From assembly GCA_965204435.1 (NCBI GenBank), contig OZ241997.1, positions 4,899,212 through 4,963,211 on the forward strand: a stretch of DNA of 64,000 nt, given 5' to 3'. The stretch comes from Bryobacterales bacterium. Its GTDB lineage: Bacteria > Acidobacteriota > Terriglobia > Bryobacterales > UBA6623. The notes under the pieces are model-generated. The model ran no database searches, had not been told where the DNA came from, and saw only the letters and a program-made list of their open reading frames with translations. A program made the position numbers and the translations under genes. This document shows, one piece after another, positions 12,510 through 22,206 of the stretch (positions within the stretch are counted from its first letter, which is position 1; each line of letters starts with the position of its first letter).

Positions 12510-14609
12510 GTGTTCTTTCTAGACAGTATCTGGCTGATCCCGATGTTCCCGCTCTTCGGAGCGGCCCTGATGCTGCTCTTCGGGCGCAGGCTGGACCGGC
12601 AGCACCCGCTGGGGCCGCCGGAGGACGACTCTCACGCCGCCCACCACGAGCCCTCGCCCGGGCGCAAGCTGATCGACATCCTCTGCCCGGGCATGGTGCT
12701 GCTGTCCTTCCTGTTCTCGGTCGGCGCGATCTGGCAGCTCCAGAGCGTGCCGGGCCACAGCTACGAAGTCGTCAAGTGGACCTGGCTGGCGGGCCTCGAC
12801 TCCGGCACCGAGGCCGGGCTGCGCGCCTTTACCGCCGATTGGGGCTTCCTGCTCGATTCGCTCAGTTCCGTGATGGTGCTGGTGGTCTCTGGCATCGGCT
12901 TCCTGATCCACGTCTACTCGACCGGCTACATGGCCCACGACGGCGGCTACTACCGCTTCTTCGGGTTCATGAACCTGTTCCTGTTCTTCATGCTGGTGCT
13001 GGTGCTGGCGAACAACTACGCCCTGCTGTTCGTCGGCTGGGAGGGCGTCGGCTTCTGCAGCTTCGGCCTGATCGGCTTCTACTTCCGCAAGCAGTCCGCC
13101 TCCAATGCCGCCAACAAGGCGTTCATCGTCAATCGGATCGGCGACGCCGGCTTCGTGCTGGGCATGCTGGCCACCTTCTCCATGCTGGGCACGCTCAAGT
13201 TCAGCGAGGTCGGCGCGGCGCTGGCGGCGGGCGGATTCCAGCTCGAGGAGGCCGCCGGGCCGCTGACGCTGATCGGCGTGCTGTTCTTCATCGGCGCCAT
13301 GGGCAAGTCGGCCCAGCTCCCGCTGCACGTCTGGCTGCCCGACGCGATGGAGGGCCCGACTCCCGTCTCGGCCCTGATCCACGCGGCGACCATGGTCACG
13401 GCGGGCGTCTACCTCGTGGCGCGCTCCAGCCAGATCTACGCCTTGGCGCCGAGCGCGATGCTGCTGGTAGCCGTGGTAGGCGGCGTGACGGCCATCTTCG
13501 CCGCTTCGATCGGCTTGGTCCAGTACGACATCAAGAAGGTGCTGGCCTACTCGACCGTCTCGCAACTGGGCTACATGTTCCTGGCCTGCGGCGTGGGCGC
13601 CTACTGGGTCGGCATATTCCACCTGTATACCCACGCCTTCTTCAAGGCGCTGCTCTTCCTCGGCTCCGGCTCGGTGATCCACGCGGTAGGCGGAGAGCAG
13701 GACATGCGCAAGATGGGCGCCCTGAAGGACAAGATCCCGGTCACGTACAAGACCATGCTGGTGGGGGCCTTGGCCATCGCCGGCGTTCCCGGGCTGGCCG
13801 GCTTCTTCTCCAAGGACGAGATCCTGTGGAAGACCTTCTCCTCGCACCACACCCTGCTGTACGGGCTGGGGCTGGTCACGGCGATGCTGACCGCCTTCTA
13901 CATGTTCCGCCTGATCTACATGACCTTCTACGGCAACAACCGGGTCGATCCGGCCACCCACGTGCACGAGTCGCCGCGCTCGATGACCGTGCCGTTGGTC
14001 GTGCTGGCGGCGGGCAGCGTCCTGGCCGGCTGGATCGGCACTCCGCCGGTGTTCGGCCCGGTGCACGATGCCTTGCCGAGCCTGGAGCACTGGCTGGCGG
14101 AGTCCGTGGTGGTCGAGGAGGCGGCACATCATAGCGCGCTGCTGGAATGGGGCCTGATGGCACTATCAGTGGCCCTCGCGCTGGGGGCCATCCTCTTGGC
14201 CACCCGCATGTTCCGCACCGCGCGCTACGAGGGCGAGCCGATGACGGGGCTGCTCGGAGCGGCCCTGCACCGGCTGTTCTTGCGCAAGTACCTGGTGGAC
14301 GAGATCTACGGCGCCGCTTTCGTCAACTTCGCCGCAAAGGGCGGCGGGCGCCGGCTCGTCAGCTTCGACGTGCGCGTGATCGACGCGGCGGTGAATGGCG
14401 CGGGCTGGCTGACCCGCATGATGTCGAACCTGACCAAGTTCCTCGACAAGTGGGTCGTGGACGGCATCGTCAACTTCGTGGGGTACGGCGTCAAGTTCGC
14501 CTCGTACCCGGTGCGCATGTTCCAGACCGGCTTGGTCCAGAACTACGCGCTGTGGCTGCTGATCGGCCTGGGGATGGTCGCGGCGTACTTCTTTTTCACC
14601 ATAACTTGA
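12510..14609 (+). CDS. nuoL: NADH-quinone oxidoreductase subunit L
   Basis: 699-aa antiporter-like subunit with FVGWEGVGFCSFGLIGF, GKSAQLPLHVWLPDAMEGPTPVSALIHAATMVTAGVY and STVSQLGYMF. Confidence 0.95.
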   Translation: MFFLDSIWLIPMFPLFGAALMLLFGRRLDRQHPLGPPEDDSHAAHHEPSPGRKLIDILCPGMVLLSFLFSVGAIWQLQSVPGHSYEVVKWTWLAGLDSGTEAGLRAFTADWGFLLDSLSSVMVLVVSGIGFLIHVYSTGYMAHDGGYYRFFGFMNLFLFFMLVLVLANNYALLFVGWEGVGFCSFGLIGFYFRKQSASNAANKAFIVNRIGDAGFVLGMLATFSMLGTLKFSEVGAALAAGGFQLEEAAGPLTLIGVLFFIGAMGKSAQLPLHVWLPDAMEGPTPVSALIHAATMVTAGVYLVARSSQIYALAPSAMLLVAVVGGVTAIFAASIGLVQYDIKKVLAYSTVSQLGYMFLACGVGAYWVGIFHLYTHAFFKALLFLGSGSVIHAVGGEQDMRKMGALKDKIPVTYKTMLVGALAIAGVPGLAGFFSKDEILWKTFSSHHTLLYGLGLVTAMLTAFYMFRLIYMTFYGNNRVDPATHVHESPRSMTVPLVVLAAGSVLAGWIGTPPVFGPVHDALPSLEHWLAESVVVEEAAHHSALLEWGLMALSVALALGAILLATRMFRTARYEGEPMTGLLGAALHRLFLRKYLVDEIYGAAFVNFAAKGGGRRLVSFDVRVIDAAVNGAGWLTRMMSNLTKFLDKWVVDGIVNFVGYGVKFASYPVRMFQTGLVQNYALWLLIGLGMVAAYFFFTIT

Positions 14610-14646
14610 GGGAGAGCGGCTTGGACCTGACCGGTCGCGGGACACA

Positions 14647-16227
14647 ATGAGCGAACACATTCTGAGCATCATCTGGCTGACGCCGCTCGTCGGCATGATC
14701 GCGGTCATGTGCCTGCCGAAGGAGAGCAAGGACCTGATCCGCTACGTGGCCAACGGCTTCGCCGTGCTGGGGCTGCTGGTCACGATCCCGATGATCCGCG
14801 CCTTCGACAGCTCCAACGGGGACTTCCAGATGGTCGAGCGGCACGACTGGATCCCCGCGCTGGGCGCCCAGTACTACCTGGGCGTCGACGGGTTCGGCTA
14901 CCTGATGATCCTGCTGACGGTGGTGGTCGGCTGGCTGTCGATCCTTTGCTCGTGGTCCTCGATCCAGGAGCGCGTCAAGGAATACTACGCCTTCTTCCTG
15001 TTCCTGCAGGCGGGCATGCTCGGCGTCTTCATGGTGCTGGACGTTTTCCTGTTCTACGTCTTCTGGGAAATCATGCTCGTGCCGATGTACTTCATCATCG
15101 GCATCTGGGGCGGCGGGCGGCGCCTGTACGCGGCGATCAAGTTCTTCCTCTACACCCTGGCCGGCTCCGTGCTGATGCTGCTGGGGATGCTGACCGTTTA
15201 CTTCAAGCACTACGAGCAGTTCGGCCACTACAGCTTCGCCCTCGAAGACCTGCTGCGCGTGGCGGCCTACACCGGCCCGGACATGCAGTTCTGGCTGTTC
15301 TGGGCGTTCTTCGTCGCCTTCGCAGTCAAGGTGCCGATGTTCCCGTTCCACACATGGCTGCCCGATGCCCACACCGAGGCGCCCACGGCGGGCTCGGTGA
15401 TCCTGGCCGGCATCCTGCTGAAGATGGGCCTGTACGGCTTGGTGCGGTTCGCCATGCCGCTGTTCCCCAAGGGTGCCACCGACGAGCTGACGGTGCAGCT
15501 GGTTGCGCTGCTCTCGATCGTCGGCATCATCTACGGGGCCCTCGTCTCGCTGATGCAGTCCGATTGGAAGCGGCTGGTGGCCTATTCGTCCGTGAGCCAC
15601 CTCGGATTCTGCACGCTGGGGCTGATCGCGCTCAATCCCAACGGCATCTCCGGCGGCATGCTGCAGGGCGTCAACCACGGACTGTCCACGCCCCTGCTCT
15701 TCCTCGCGGTGGGGATCGTCTACGATCAGCGCCATACCCGCGAGATCGCCGATTACGGCGGATTGGCCAACCGCATGCCGGTGTACACGGTGCTGTTCGC
15801 GATCTCGCTGTTCGCGTCGATGGGCATGCCGGGCCTGAATGGCTTCATCGGCGAGTTCACCATCTTGCGCGGCGCGTTCGAGGTCAGCATCTGGTGGGCC
15901 GGATTCGCCGTGCTGGGGATCGTTCTGGGAGCGGCCTACCTGCTGTGGCTCTTCCAGCGCGTGATGCTGGGACCGATCACCAATCCCAAGAACGAGGGCG
16001 TCAAGGACATGAACCTGCGCGAGATCATCGTCATGGCGCCGCTCGTGGCCGGGTGCTTCTGGATCGGCCTCTACCCCAAGCCGTTCTTCGAGATTCTCCA
16101 GGCGCCCACCAACAAGCTGGTCGAACGGCTCGACCCCGGCTACTTCAGCCGCAACGCGGCGGAGCCGGCGGATGAGGCGGTCCAGCTCTCGCGGCTGCTG
16201 CCCGCCGAGACTCCAGCGAGCGAATGA
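14647..16227 (+). CDS. nuoM: NADH-quinone oxidoreductase subunit M
   Basis: 526 aa with FYVFWEIMLVPMYFIIGIWGG, VKVPMFPFHTWLPDAHTEAPTAGSVILAGILLKMG and AYSSVSHLGF. Confidence 0.95.
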   Translation: MSEHILSIIWLTPLVGMIAVMCLPKESKDLIRYVANGFAVLGLLVTIPMIRAFDSSNGDFQMVERHDWIPALGAQYYLGVDGFGYLMILLTVVVGWLSILCSWSSIQERVKEYYAFFLFLQAGMLGVFMVLDVFLFYVFWEIMLVPMYFIIGIWGGGRRLYAAIKFFLYTLAGSVLMLLGMLTVYFKHYEQFGHYSFALEDLLRVAAYTGPDMQFWLFWAFFVAFAVKVPMFPFHTWLPDAHTEAPTAGSVILAGILLKMGLYGLVRFAMPLFPKGATDELTVQLVALLSIVGIIYGALVSLMQSDWKRLVAYSSVSHLGFCTLGLIALNPNGISGGMLQGVNHGLSTPLLFLAVGIVYDQRHTREIADYGGLANRMPVYTVLFAISLFASMGMPGLNGFIGEFTILRGAFEVSIWWAGFAVLGIVLGAAYLLWLFQRVMLGPITNPKNEGVKDMNLREIIVMAPLVAGCFWIGLYPKPFFEILQAPTNKLVERLDPGYFSRNAAEPADEAVQLSRLLPAETPASE

Positions 16228-17705
16228 TGGATGCGATCAGCTTCACCCTCGACGACTTCCATGTCCTGAAGCCGGCGATAGTCCTCTGCCTGTTCGGCTG
16301 CGGGATCCTGCTCACGGACGCCTTCTTGGTGAGGCGCATCGGGCAGCGCTGGCTGAATGCGGTGACGGCCTTGGTCGGCGAAGCCGTCGTTGCCGCGATC
16401 CTGCTGCAATACCTTCCCGATGTCCGCTCGGGCGGTGCGCTGACCGGCTTGGCCGGGTCGGTCGTCGTGGACGGGTTCGGGGTCTTCTTCAACGTAGTCT
16501 TCATGCTGGCGGCCGCGTTGGCGATCATCCTCTCGGCGCGTTACATGGAGTCCGAGGGCGAGCAGCGCGGCGAATACTACGCGCTGATCCTGTTCGCCCA
16601 GGCCGGCATGTCGATCATGGCCACCGGCCACGACCTGGTGGTGCTGTTCGTCGCCTTGGAGACCATGGCGCTGAGCTTCTATGTGATGGTCGGCTTCCTG
16701 CGGGACTCGAAGCGTTCCAACGAAGCCGCGATGAAGTACCTCATCCTGGGCGCGTTCTCGAGCGGCCTGCTCGCGTACGGGTTCTCGGTGCTGTACGGCA
16801 TTTCCGGTTCCACCAGCCTGGCGGCGATCGGCGAAGCCATCGCCGCCAGGCCGGCGCTGGACTGGATCATGATCTTGGCGCTGATCACGACATCGGTCGG
16901 CCTGTTCTTCAAGATCGCCGCCGCTCCCTTCCACATGTGGGCGCCGGACGTTTACGAGGGCGCGCCGACACCGACCACGGCCTACGTCTCGGTGGCTTCG
17001 AAGGCGGCCTCGTTCGCCCTGATGATCCGTCTCTTCGTCACCGCCTACGGCAGCGTGGCGGAGGCCTGGGTCCCGCTGCTCGCGATTATCGCGATCGCCA
17101 CGATGACCATAGGCAACCTGGCCGCGGTGACGCAGTCGAACCTCAAGCGCTTGCTGGCCTACAGTTCGGTGGCCCACGGGGGCTACATCTTGCTGGGCCT
17201 GGTTGCGTTCAGCGCGACCGGCCTGCGCGGCATCGCGATTTACTTGCTGGCCTACGTGTTCATGAACTTCGGCGCGTTCGCGCTGATCGCCGCCTTGCGC
17301 CGCGACGGCGAGGCCGCCGAAGAGCTGGACGACCTCAACGGACTGTTCGGGAGGGCGCCGGGGTACACGATATTGATGGCGATCTTCATGCTCTCGCTGA
17401 CGGGCATCCCGCCGCTAGCGGGCTTCTACGGCAAGTACTACATCTTCTTGGCGCTGTTGGGCGAGGGCTACTACATCCTCGCGGTGTTCGCCGCACTCTA
17501 CGTGGCGGTCTCCGCCTATTACTACTTCCGCGTGATTCGCGCCTGCTGGCTCGGCGAGGCTGCCGAGCGCCCGGCGTCGCTGGACATGAACCTGGGCACG
17601 CGGACGGCGCTGGTGGCCAGCGGCGTGCTGACCGTGCTGATCGGCGTCTTGCCCCAGAGATTCATCGATCTGGCCGGCGAGTCGGTCTTGGCGGCGCTGC
17701 GCTAG
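16224..17705 (+). CDS. nuoN: NADH-quinone oxidoreductase subunit N
   Basis: 493 aa. Overlaps nuoM by 4 nt. FKIAAAPFHMWAPDVYEGAPTPTTAYVSVASK and LLAYSSVAHGGYIL. Confidence 0.95.
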   Translation: MMDAISFTLDDFHVLKPAIVLCLFGCGILLTDAFLVRRIGQRWLNAVTALVGEAVVAAILLQYLPDVRSGGALTGLAGSVVVDGFGVFFNVVFMLAAALAIILSARYMESEGEQRGEYYALILFAQAGMSIMATGHDLVVLFVALETMALSFYVMVGFLRDSKRSNEAAMKYLILGAFSSGLLAYGFSVLYGISGSTSLAAIGEAIAARPALDWIMILALITTSVGLFFKIAAAPFHMWAPDVYEGAPTPTTAYVSVASKAASFALMIRLFVTAYGSVAEAWVPLLAIIAIATMTIGNLAAVTQSNLKRLLAYSSVAHGGYILLGLVAFSATGLRGIAIYLLAYVFMNFGAFALIAALRRDGEAAEELDDLNGLFGRAPGYTILMAIFMLSLTGIPPLAGFYGKYYIFLALLGEGYYILAVFAALYVAVSAYYYFRVIRACWLGEAAERPASLDMNLGTRTALVASGVLTVLIGVLPQRFIDLAGESVLAALR

Positions 17706-17960
17706 CCTCGAAGTTCCAACAGCCTGATCCAACAGCCTGGGGAACTCGAGCCGCAGAAAAAGTCCGGGAAGGGATCTCGTTCGGGCCTCCAAGACTCTGA
17801 CTCAGGCCATCGTCACAACGGTCACGGCCACTTGGTCCAGATCTCGGCGCCGCCCAATTGCCTGCGTTGAATCGTTGGGTGGTGTGCGACTGCGCTTTGC
17901 CCTTGTTCGAACCATGCGGCGAATTACCGCACACTGATAGGTGATTCTGGGGACTGGTCG

Positions 17961-18293
17961 ATGCTGAACTTCAACGACATCACAGCTAACTTCGACGAGC
18001 CGAGGACGGCGCGGATGGAACAGCGTACGAAGCCGAGCGTAAAGGCCCAGATTCAGCAGGCGGCAACCTTGCTAGGCGTGGATGACACCGCCTTCATAAC
18101 CAGTGTCGCGCTGGAGCGGGCCCGCGCCACCATCGCCGATCATGAGCGCACTGTTCTGTCTGCCGAGGACCGCGAAGCGATTCTTGCAGCGCTCGACTCT
18201 CCGCCAGCGCCGACCGATGGCCTGCGCGAGATCATGGCCCTCCACAGCACCCAACTGAGCGCGTCACGTCGCGGAGAAACCCGCGACGCCTGA
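17961..18293 (+). CDS. DUF1778 (TacA-type ribbon-helix-helix) antitoxin with no adjacent toxin gene
   Basis: 110 aa. RMEQRTKPSVKAQIQQAATLLGVDDTAFITSVALERARATIADHERTVLSAEDREAILAALDSPPAP follows the DUF1778 pattern. The next 110 bp hold no GNAT-like ORF before a convergent gene. Confidence 0.7.
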   Translation: MLNFNDITANFDEPRTARMEQRTKPSVKAQIQQAATLLGVDDTAFITSVALERARATIADHERTVLSAEDREAILAALDSPPAPTDGLREIMALHSTQLSASRRGETRDA

Positions 18294-18405
18294 TGGCGGC
18301 CGCCAAGTCGGATCCCCGCCCAAGCGAACACCGGCGTTCAAGCCGCGGAATGGTATTGGGCAGTCAGAGATGCGCTGGGCTCCGTGGGTCCAGAGACGGC
18401 GGGCC

Positions 18406-19248
18406 CTACCTCCGCAGCCCCGGCAGGGGGACTATCGGCGTCCGCGCCCGATACTCGGCGTAGGCCGGGTACTTCCGCGCGGATATCTCTTCTGTCATTC
18501 GGATCACGCCGATGAACTGCGCCGCAAGCAGCACCACGCCAAGCCCGGTCCAGTGGAACCAGTCACCCGATGCCGACACAGCAAAGAGACAGAACGCGAA
18601 CCACATCCCGATTTCGCACAGATACGACGGATGGCGACTGTAGCGAAACAGGCCCGTGACGATGAAGGGCTGCACGACTTCCTCACCGGCTGCGATCCTG
18701 CGTTTCTTGTCCTGCTGGAACTTCCACATCTGTTCGTCGCCGATGAACTCACCGCCGAAACACGCCAGGAAGAGCCCGGCGGAAAAACCATCGAGCCAGC
18801 CGAGAGGCTGTTCCCGCCAAACCCACGCTTGATGCACGGGCGAGCTGAACAGCCACATGAGTAGCATCTGGCTCGGCACGAAGAAGGCGAGGTTCAGCAA
18901 CCGGAACTTCATCGGGCCGAGTCGCCTCTGCATGACGCCCCACCGGTAGTCCGCGCCGCCTTTTCGGAAGCCGCCCTTGCGGGCGAAGTTGTAGGTGAGC
19001 CTCCCGCCCCAGAGGAGCGCAAGCGCCGTCATCAGGTTGACGCGCGGCACGTCAAAGCCGCCCGCGACGGCGACCAACAGGCAGTACACCGGCGGGCAAA
19101 GGGACCACAGGCGGTCCAGCCACACACAAGAGTCGCCGGTGGCGAGCGACACGACCCAGACCAGAGCCACGAGGACCATGCAGAGCTCCAGCGCGCTGCC
19201 GTACGGCTGGCCGGCAAGCGGATGGCTGAACAGGCTGAGTCCGGGCAT
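18406..19248 (-). CDS. DUF1295 / steroid 5-alpha-reductase-like membrane protein
   Basis: 280-aa polytopic ORF with GDEQMWKFQ...IVTGLFRYSRHPSYLCEIGMWFAF, the C-terminal signature of the DUF1295/ICMT-like superfamily. Confidence 0.75.
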   Translation of the reverse strand: MPGLSLFSHPLAGQPYGSALELCMVLVALVWVVSLATGDSCVWLDRLWSLCPPVYCLLVAVAGGFDVPRVNLMTALALLWGGRLTYNFARKGGFRKGGADYRWGVMQRRLGPMKFRLLNLAFFVPSQMLLMWLFSSPVHQAWVWREQPLGWLDGFSAGLFLACFGGEFIGDEQMWKFQQDKKRRIAAGEEVVQPFIVTGLFRYSRHPSYLCEIGMWFAFCLFAVSASGDWFHWTGLGVVLLAAQFIGVIRMTEEISARKYPAYAEYRARTPIVPLPGLRR

Positions 19249-19440
19249 AGAGCTTTCGTAACACTACACTACGCGCTTGTATCTCGTCAGGAACAAGCGG
19301 CTCCGGTGTCCTTTTGCTGTTCGGCTGACGCCCGAGTTCGTCGAGGGCTCGACGGCATTACGAGCTGGCGGGCGCACGCACATTGACCGCGTGTCCCAGC
19401 AGTGGGCGGCCCGGGTCGGCGCTTCAGGGTCGAGTCGAGC

Positions 19441-20532
19441 TCAGTAAACCCCCGGAACCAGGCGATACCGAACCTTGTTCCGGTATTGCGTCCACAGCTC
19501 TCCATACTTGCCAGCGCAGCGGCCGTCATCGATGCGCTGGCGAATGAGGAAGAAGATCGTCAGGTAGACGAAGTAGATCCAGGCCCACACGTTCGTGAAG
19601 TGTCCTAGTGCCAGCGCCATGCCGAGCGCCTCGAGGAGCTCACCTGTGTAGTTCATATGCCGGGCGGCTCCCCAGAACCCGCTGCACAGGATCTTGCGCT
19701 CACCATCCGCCAGCGTGACTGGCCTCACGAACCCGAGAAACGGACGCTCGGGGAATCGCTTGAACATGTACTTCTGCAGGTTGGCACCGCGCGTGATCAC
19801 CCAGCCGACAAGGAAAACCGCCGCGGAACCTCCAAGCCACAGTGGGTCCCACGACGGATCGATGTCGGGTCTCGCCAGACCGGCCGTTGCCCACAGCGCG
19901 ACCGGATACGTCAAGGGATACACGGCAAGGCAGCCGACGATGAGCTTGAAGCCGACGCCTTCCTCGATGATGTCGAAGGTGAAGAGCTGGACGCGCTCGA
20001 AGCAGAAGTAGTCCGTCACGAACCACACCCACATCGCCGAGTGCAGGAACAGGCCGACGTTCGCCGCCTCGCCGTATTGGCCATAGTGGTATGCGGCGCT
20101 CGAGAGGGCGTTCAGCGCGAGGTAGGTGCCGCCGTAGATGTACATGAACATCTTCGCCTCGATGTCGCCGCGAAAGTGGACGTTGCGGGACCGGCCTTCG
20201 AGCCACTGGACCAGGGGTCTGCGGTCGTCGGCGGGGACGCGCCGGACCATCCACGCGGTGAGAACCACGCTCAAGGCGACTGCCCCAGCGAGAGCGTGCC
20301 ACTTTGCCAGCCACAGCCAGTCGAGCGGGGCAAAGGCCAGCTCCCACCACCAGATGACAAGGGCGCAGACGCAGACGGCGAGACCGTTGAGACGGTATCG
20401 GTTAGGCGTCACGCGGGTATAGCCGTCGACGTGACGGGCGGGCAGGACGATGTGCAGGGCGAGGAGAATGGCGAATACAGCCGTCGGCGTCAAGAACGCG
20501 GCAACTGCCTGCGAAGTGGTTAGGCCGGACAT
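19441..20532 (-). CDS. ERG4/ERG24-family sterol-reductase-like membrane protein
   Basis: 363 aa with GANLQKYMFKRFP...LCSGFWGAARHMNYTGELLEALGMAL...IRQRIDDGRCAGKYGELWTQYRNKVRYRLVPGVY. The C-terminal block is diagnostic of ERG4/ERG24 (C14/C7/C24 sterol reductases). Confidence 0.8.
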   Translation of the reverse strand: MSGLTTSQAVAAFLTPTAVFAILLALHIVLPARHVDGYTRVTPNRYRLNGLAVCVCALVIWWWELAFAPLDWLWLAKWHALAGAVALSVVLTAWMVRRVPADDRRPLVQWLEGRSRNVHFRGDIEAKMFMYIYGGTYLALNALSSAAYHYGQYGEAANVGLFLHSAMWVWFVTDYFCFERVQLFTFDIIEEGVGFKLIVGCLAVYPLTYPVALWATAGLARPDIDPSWDPLWLGGSAAVFLVGWVITRGANLQKYMFKRFPERPFLGFVRPVTLADGERKILCSGFWGAARHMNYTGELLEALGMALALGHFTNVWAWIYFVYLTIFFLIRQRIDDGRCAGKYGELWTQYRNKVRYRLVPGVY

Positions 20533-20693
20533 GGCGGTTTCAGCAGCTGGATGGATTCAGGTAGGCGGAGACGGGATTGCGCGCCGCAAGGGATTCTCTA
20601 AACCATAGCTGCGCAACCAGTAGCCGTCAAACCCTCCTGCCCGCCCGCCCGATGCCATTGACGTTTCACGGGAGCCCCGCATATCATGCCGGG

Positions 20694-21068
20694 ATGGCCG
20701 TCTTCAGAATTGCGGTGCTGGTTCTGGGCGTGCTCCACGCGCTCTTCGTGGGACTCACCAGCCTCGCCGGCGCGTTCGCGGACGGCGGAGACATCTGGCA
20801 ACGGCTGGTGGTGGTGCTCGTGCATCCCCTTGGAGCCGCGGGAGTGCTCCTGCTGGTGTTCGCGCCCCGTCTCGCCAAGACCGCGACCATTGGCATCGCG
20901 GCGGTACTGCTGGCGAACGTGATCGTCGACCTGGCCCTTGCGCAGAGGATCGCCACAGGGGCCGTGAAGGGGGACTGGGAACTTGCAGTGGTATTCGCGG
21001 TGGTTCCGGTCATCGGTCTGGCCTATGCGCTGAGCCTCGTCAGCACCATCCATCGAGCAGGCGGCTGA
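20694..21068 (+). CDS. hypothetical small membrane protein (about 4 TM)
   Basis: ATG at 20694 inside ORF 20577-21068. MAVFRIAVLVLGVLHALFVGL... contains four hydrophobic segments. No family recognised. Confidence 0.45.
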   Translation: MAVFRIAVLVLGVLHALFVGLTSLAGAFADGGDIWQRLVVVLVHPLGAAGVLLLVFAPRLAKTATIGIAAVLLANVIVDLALAQRIATGAVKGDWELAVVFAVVPVIGLAYALSLVSTIHRAGG

Positions 21069-21733
21069 CCCAAGTCCGGGACCGGCCGTCCTGATGTTGT
21101 CGGAACCTCCTTCCGCAGTATTGCCGCGTCACATGCACTACACCTTGCCGTAATGACCGAGCGTGCTGCACAGCTACCGACCGGCGCTGGCAAGTGGACC
21201 CGGACAGGGCACATCGGGCTCGCGATTCATCAGCGTCGAACGAGCCTGAAAGCCTGTGACGCAAGGGCTTCACTTGGTGAGGGGTTGCCGGAGCGACTTC
21301 GGCCCATACATCGACCCGCCTATAGCAAGGGCGCACGACAATCTTGTGAAACCTACGCTGCGGCACAGTCCTCTCGGTAGGCATCGAAGCGATTGGAGCG
21401 CTGAGTACAGCGGAGGGCGATGATCGCACTGGCTCCCTCTAGAGTCCAGAACCCACCCGAGCCTTTCAGGCTGGCGGCGATTACGGAACGGCAACTCGCC
21501 CAGAGCACGCCGGAGCTGCGAACAGGTCCCGGCGGCGAAACTCGGCATGGCGAATGCGGTTGGCGTGGCCTCGAATTAGGCTGCCTCGATCCGCACCTTG
21601 CCGGGCACCCCGCTGCGCGCCTGAGGTTGTGTCCGGTCGCGCGACTCTGGTATGGTCAGAGGAGGCCGTGGATCGCGGCCCTGCGCACCTCTAGGTTCCC
21701 GCACCACAGCCCATCCAAGACTAGGACAAGCCG

Positions 21734-21928
21734 GTGCCGTTCCAACCCCGCAATGCTGCCCTCGCGGCGGCATTGTCGTTGAGCGGAATGGTGCTGGGCG
21801 GGTTGTTGATAGGCGCTTGGATCGGGCAGCGCTGGGACTGCAACCCGGCGGCGGCGGTGGCCGGGCTCTTCGTGGGGATCGTGGCCGGCTTCTACAACTT
21901 AGCCAAGGCAATGTGGACACGGTCATGA
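21734..21928 (+). CDS. AtpZ/AtpI-family small membrane protein (F0F1 operon leader gene)
   Basis: 64 aa with LSLSGMVLGGLLIGAWIGQRWD...AVAGLFVGIVAGFYNLAK, typical of the ATPase_gene1 family. It sits first in the atp cluster. Its stop overlaps the next start (ATGA). Confidence 0.6.
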   Translation: MPFQPRNAALAAALSLSGMVLGGLLIGAWIGQRWDCNPAAAVAGLFVGIVAGFYNLAKAMWTRS

Positions 21929-22206
21929 GCGCAGAGATCCCACTCGGGCTGGCTTGCGGGCTTGCGACCGCCTTAGTGTCCGAGGCGGTGCTGCGCTTAG
22001 GTGCGGTCACGCTCAAGCGCAGTCTGTTCTCGGCCCTAGCTGTCGGGGCGGGGCTGCGCGCGCTGTGGGTGCTGGCGCTGGTCGCTTGGTCACTGACCAG
22101 CCCCGCGCTGGACGCGCGCGCTTTCGTACTGGCTTTGCTGGCAGGCTACTTCGCGTCCCAGGTGTTCGAGGGCGTGCGTTACACGAGGTACTTCGAGCAG
22201 TGCTGA
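21925..22206 (+). CDS. ATP synthase subunit I-like membrane protein
   Basis: ATG at 21925 inside ORF 21652-22206. 93 aa with three hydrophobic helices. It lies between the atpZ-like gene and atpB. Confidence 0.45.
   Translation: MSAEIPLGLACGLATALVSEAVLRLGAVTLKRSLFSALAVGAGLRALWVLALVAWSLTSPALDARAFVLALLAGYFASQVFEGVRYTRYFEQC

Noticed and set aside
17895-17925. A tRNA-like T-arm motif (gttcgaacc).
   Set aside because: No acceptor stem, anticodon arm or CCA context can be built around it. It is not a tRNA.
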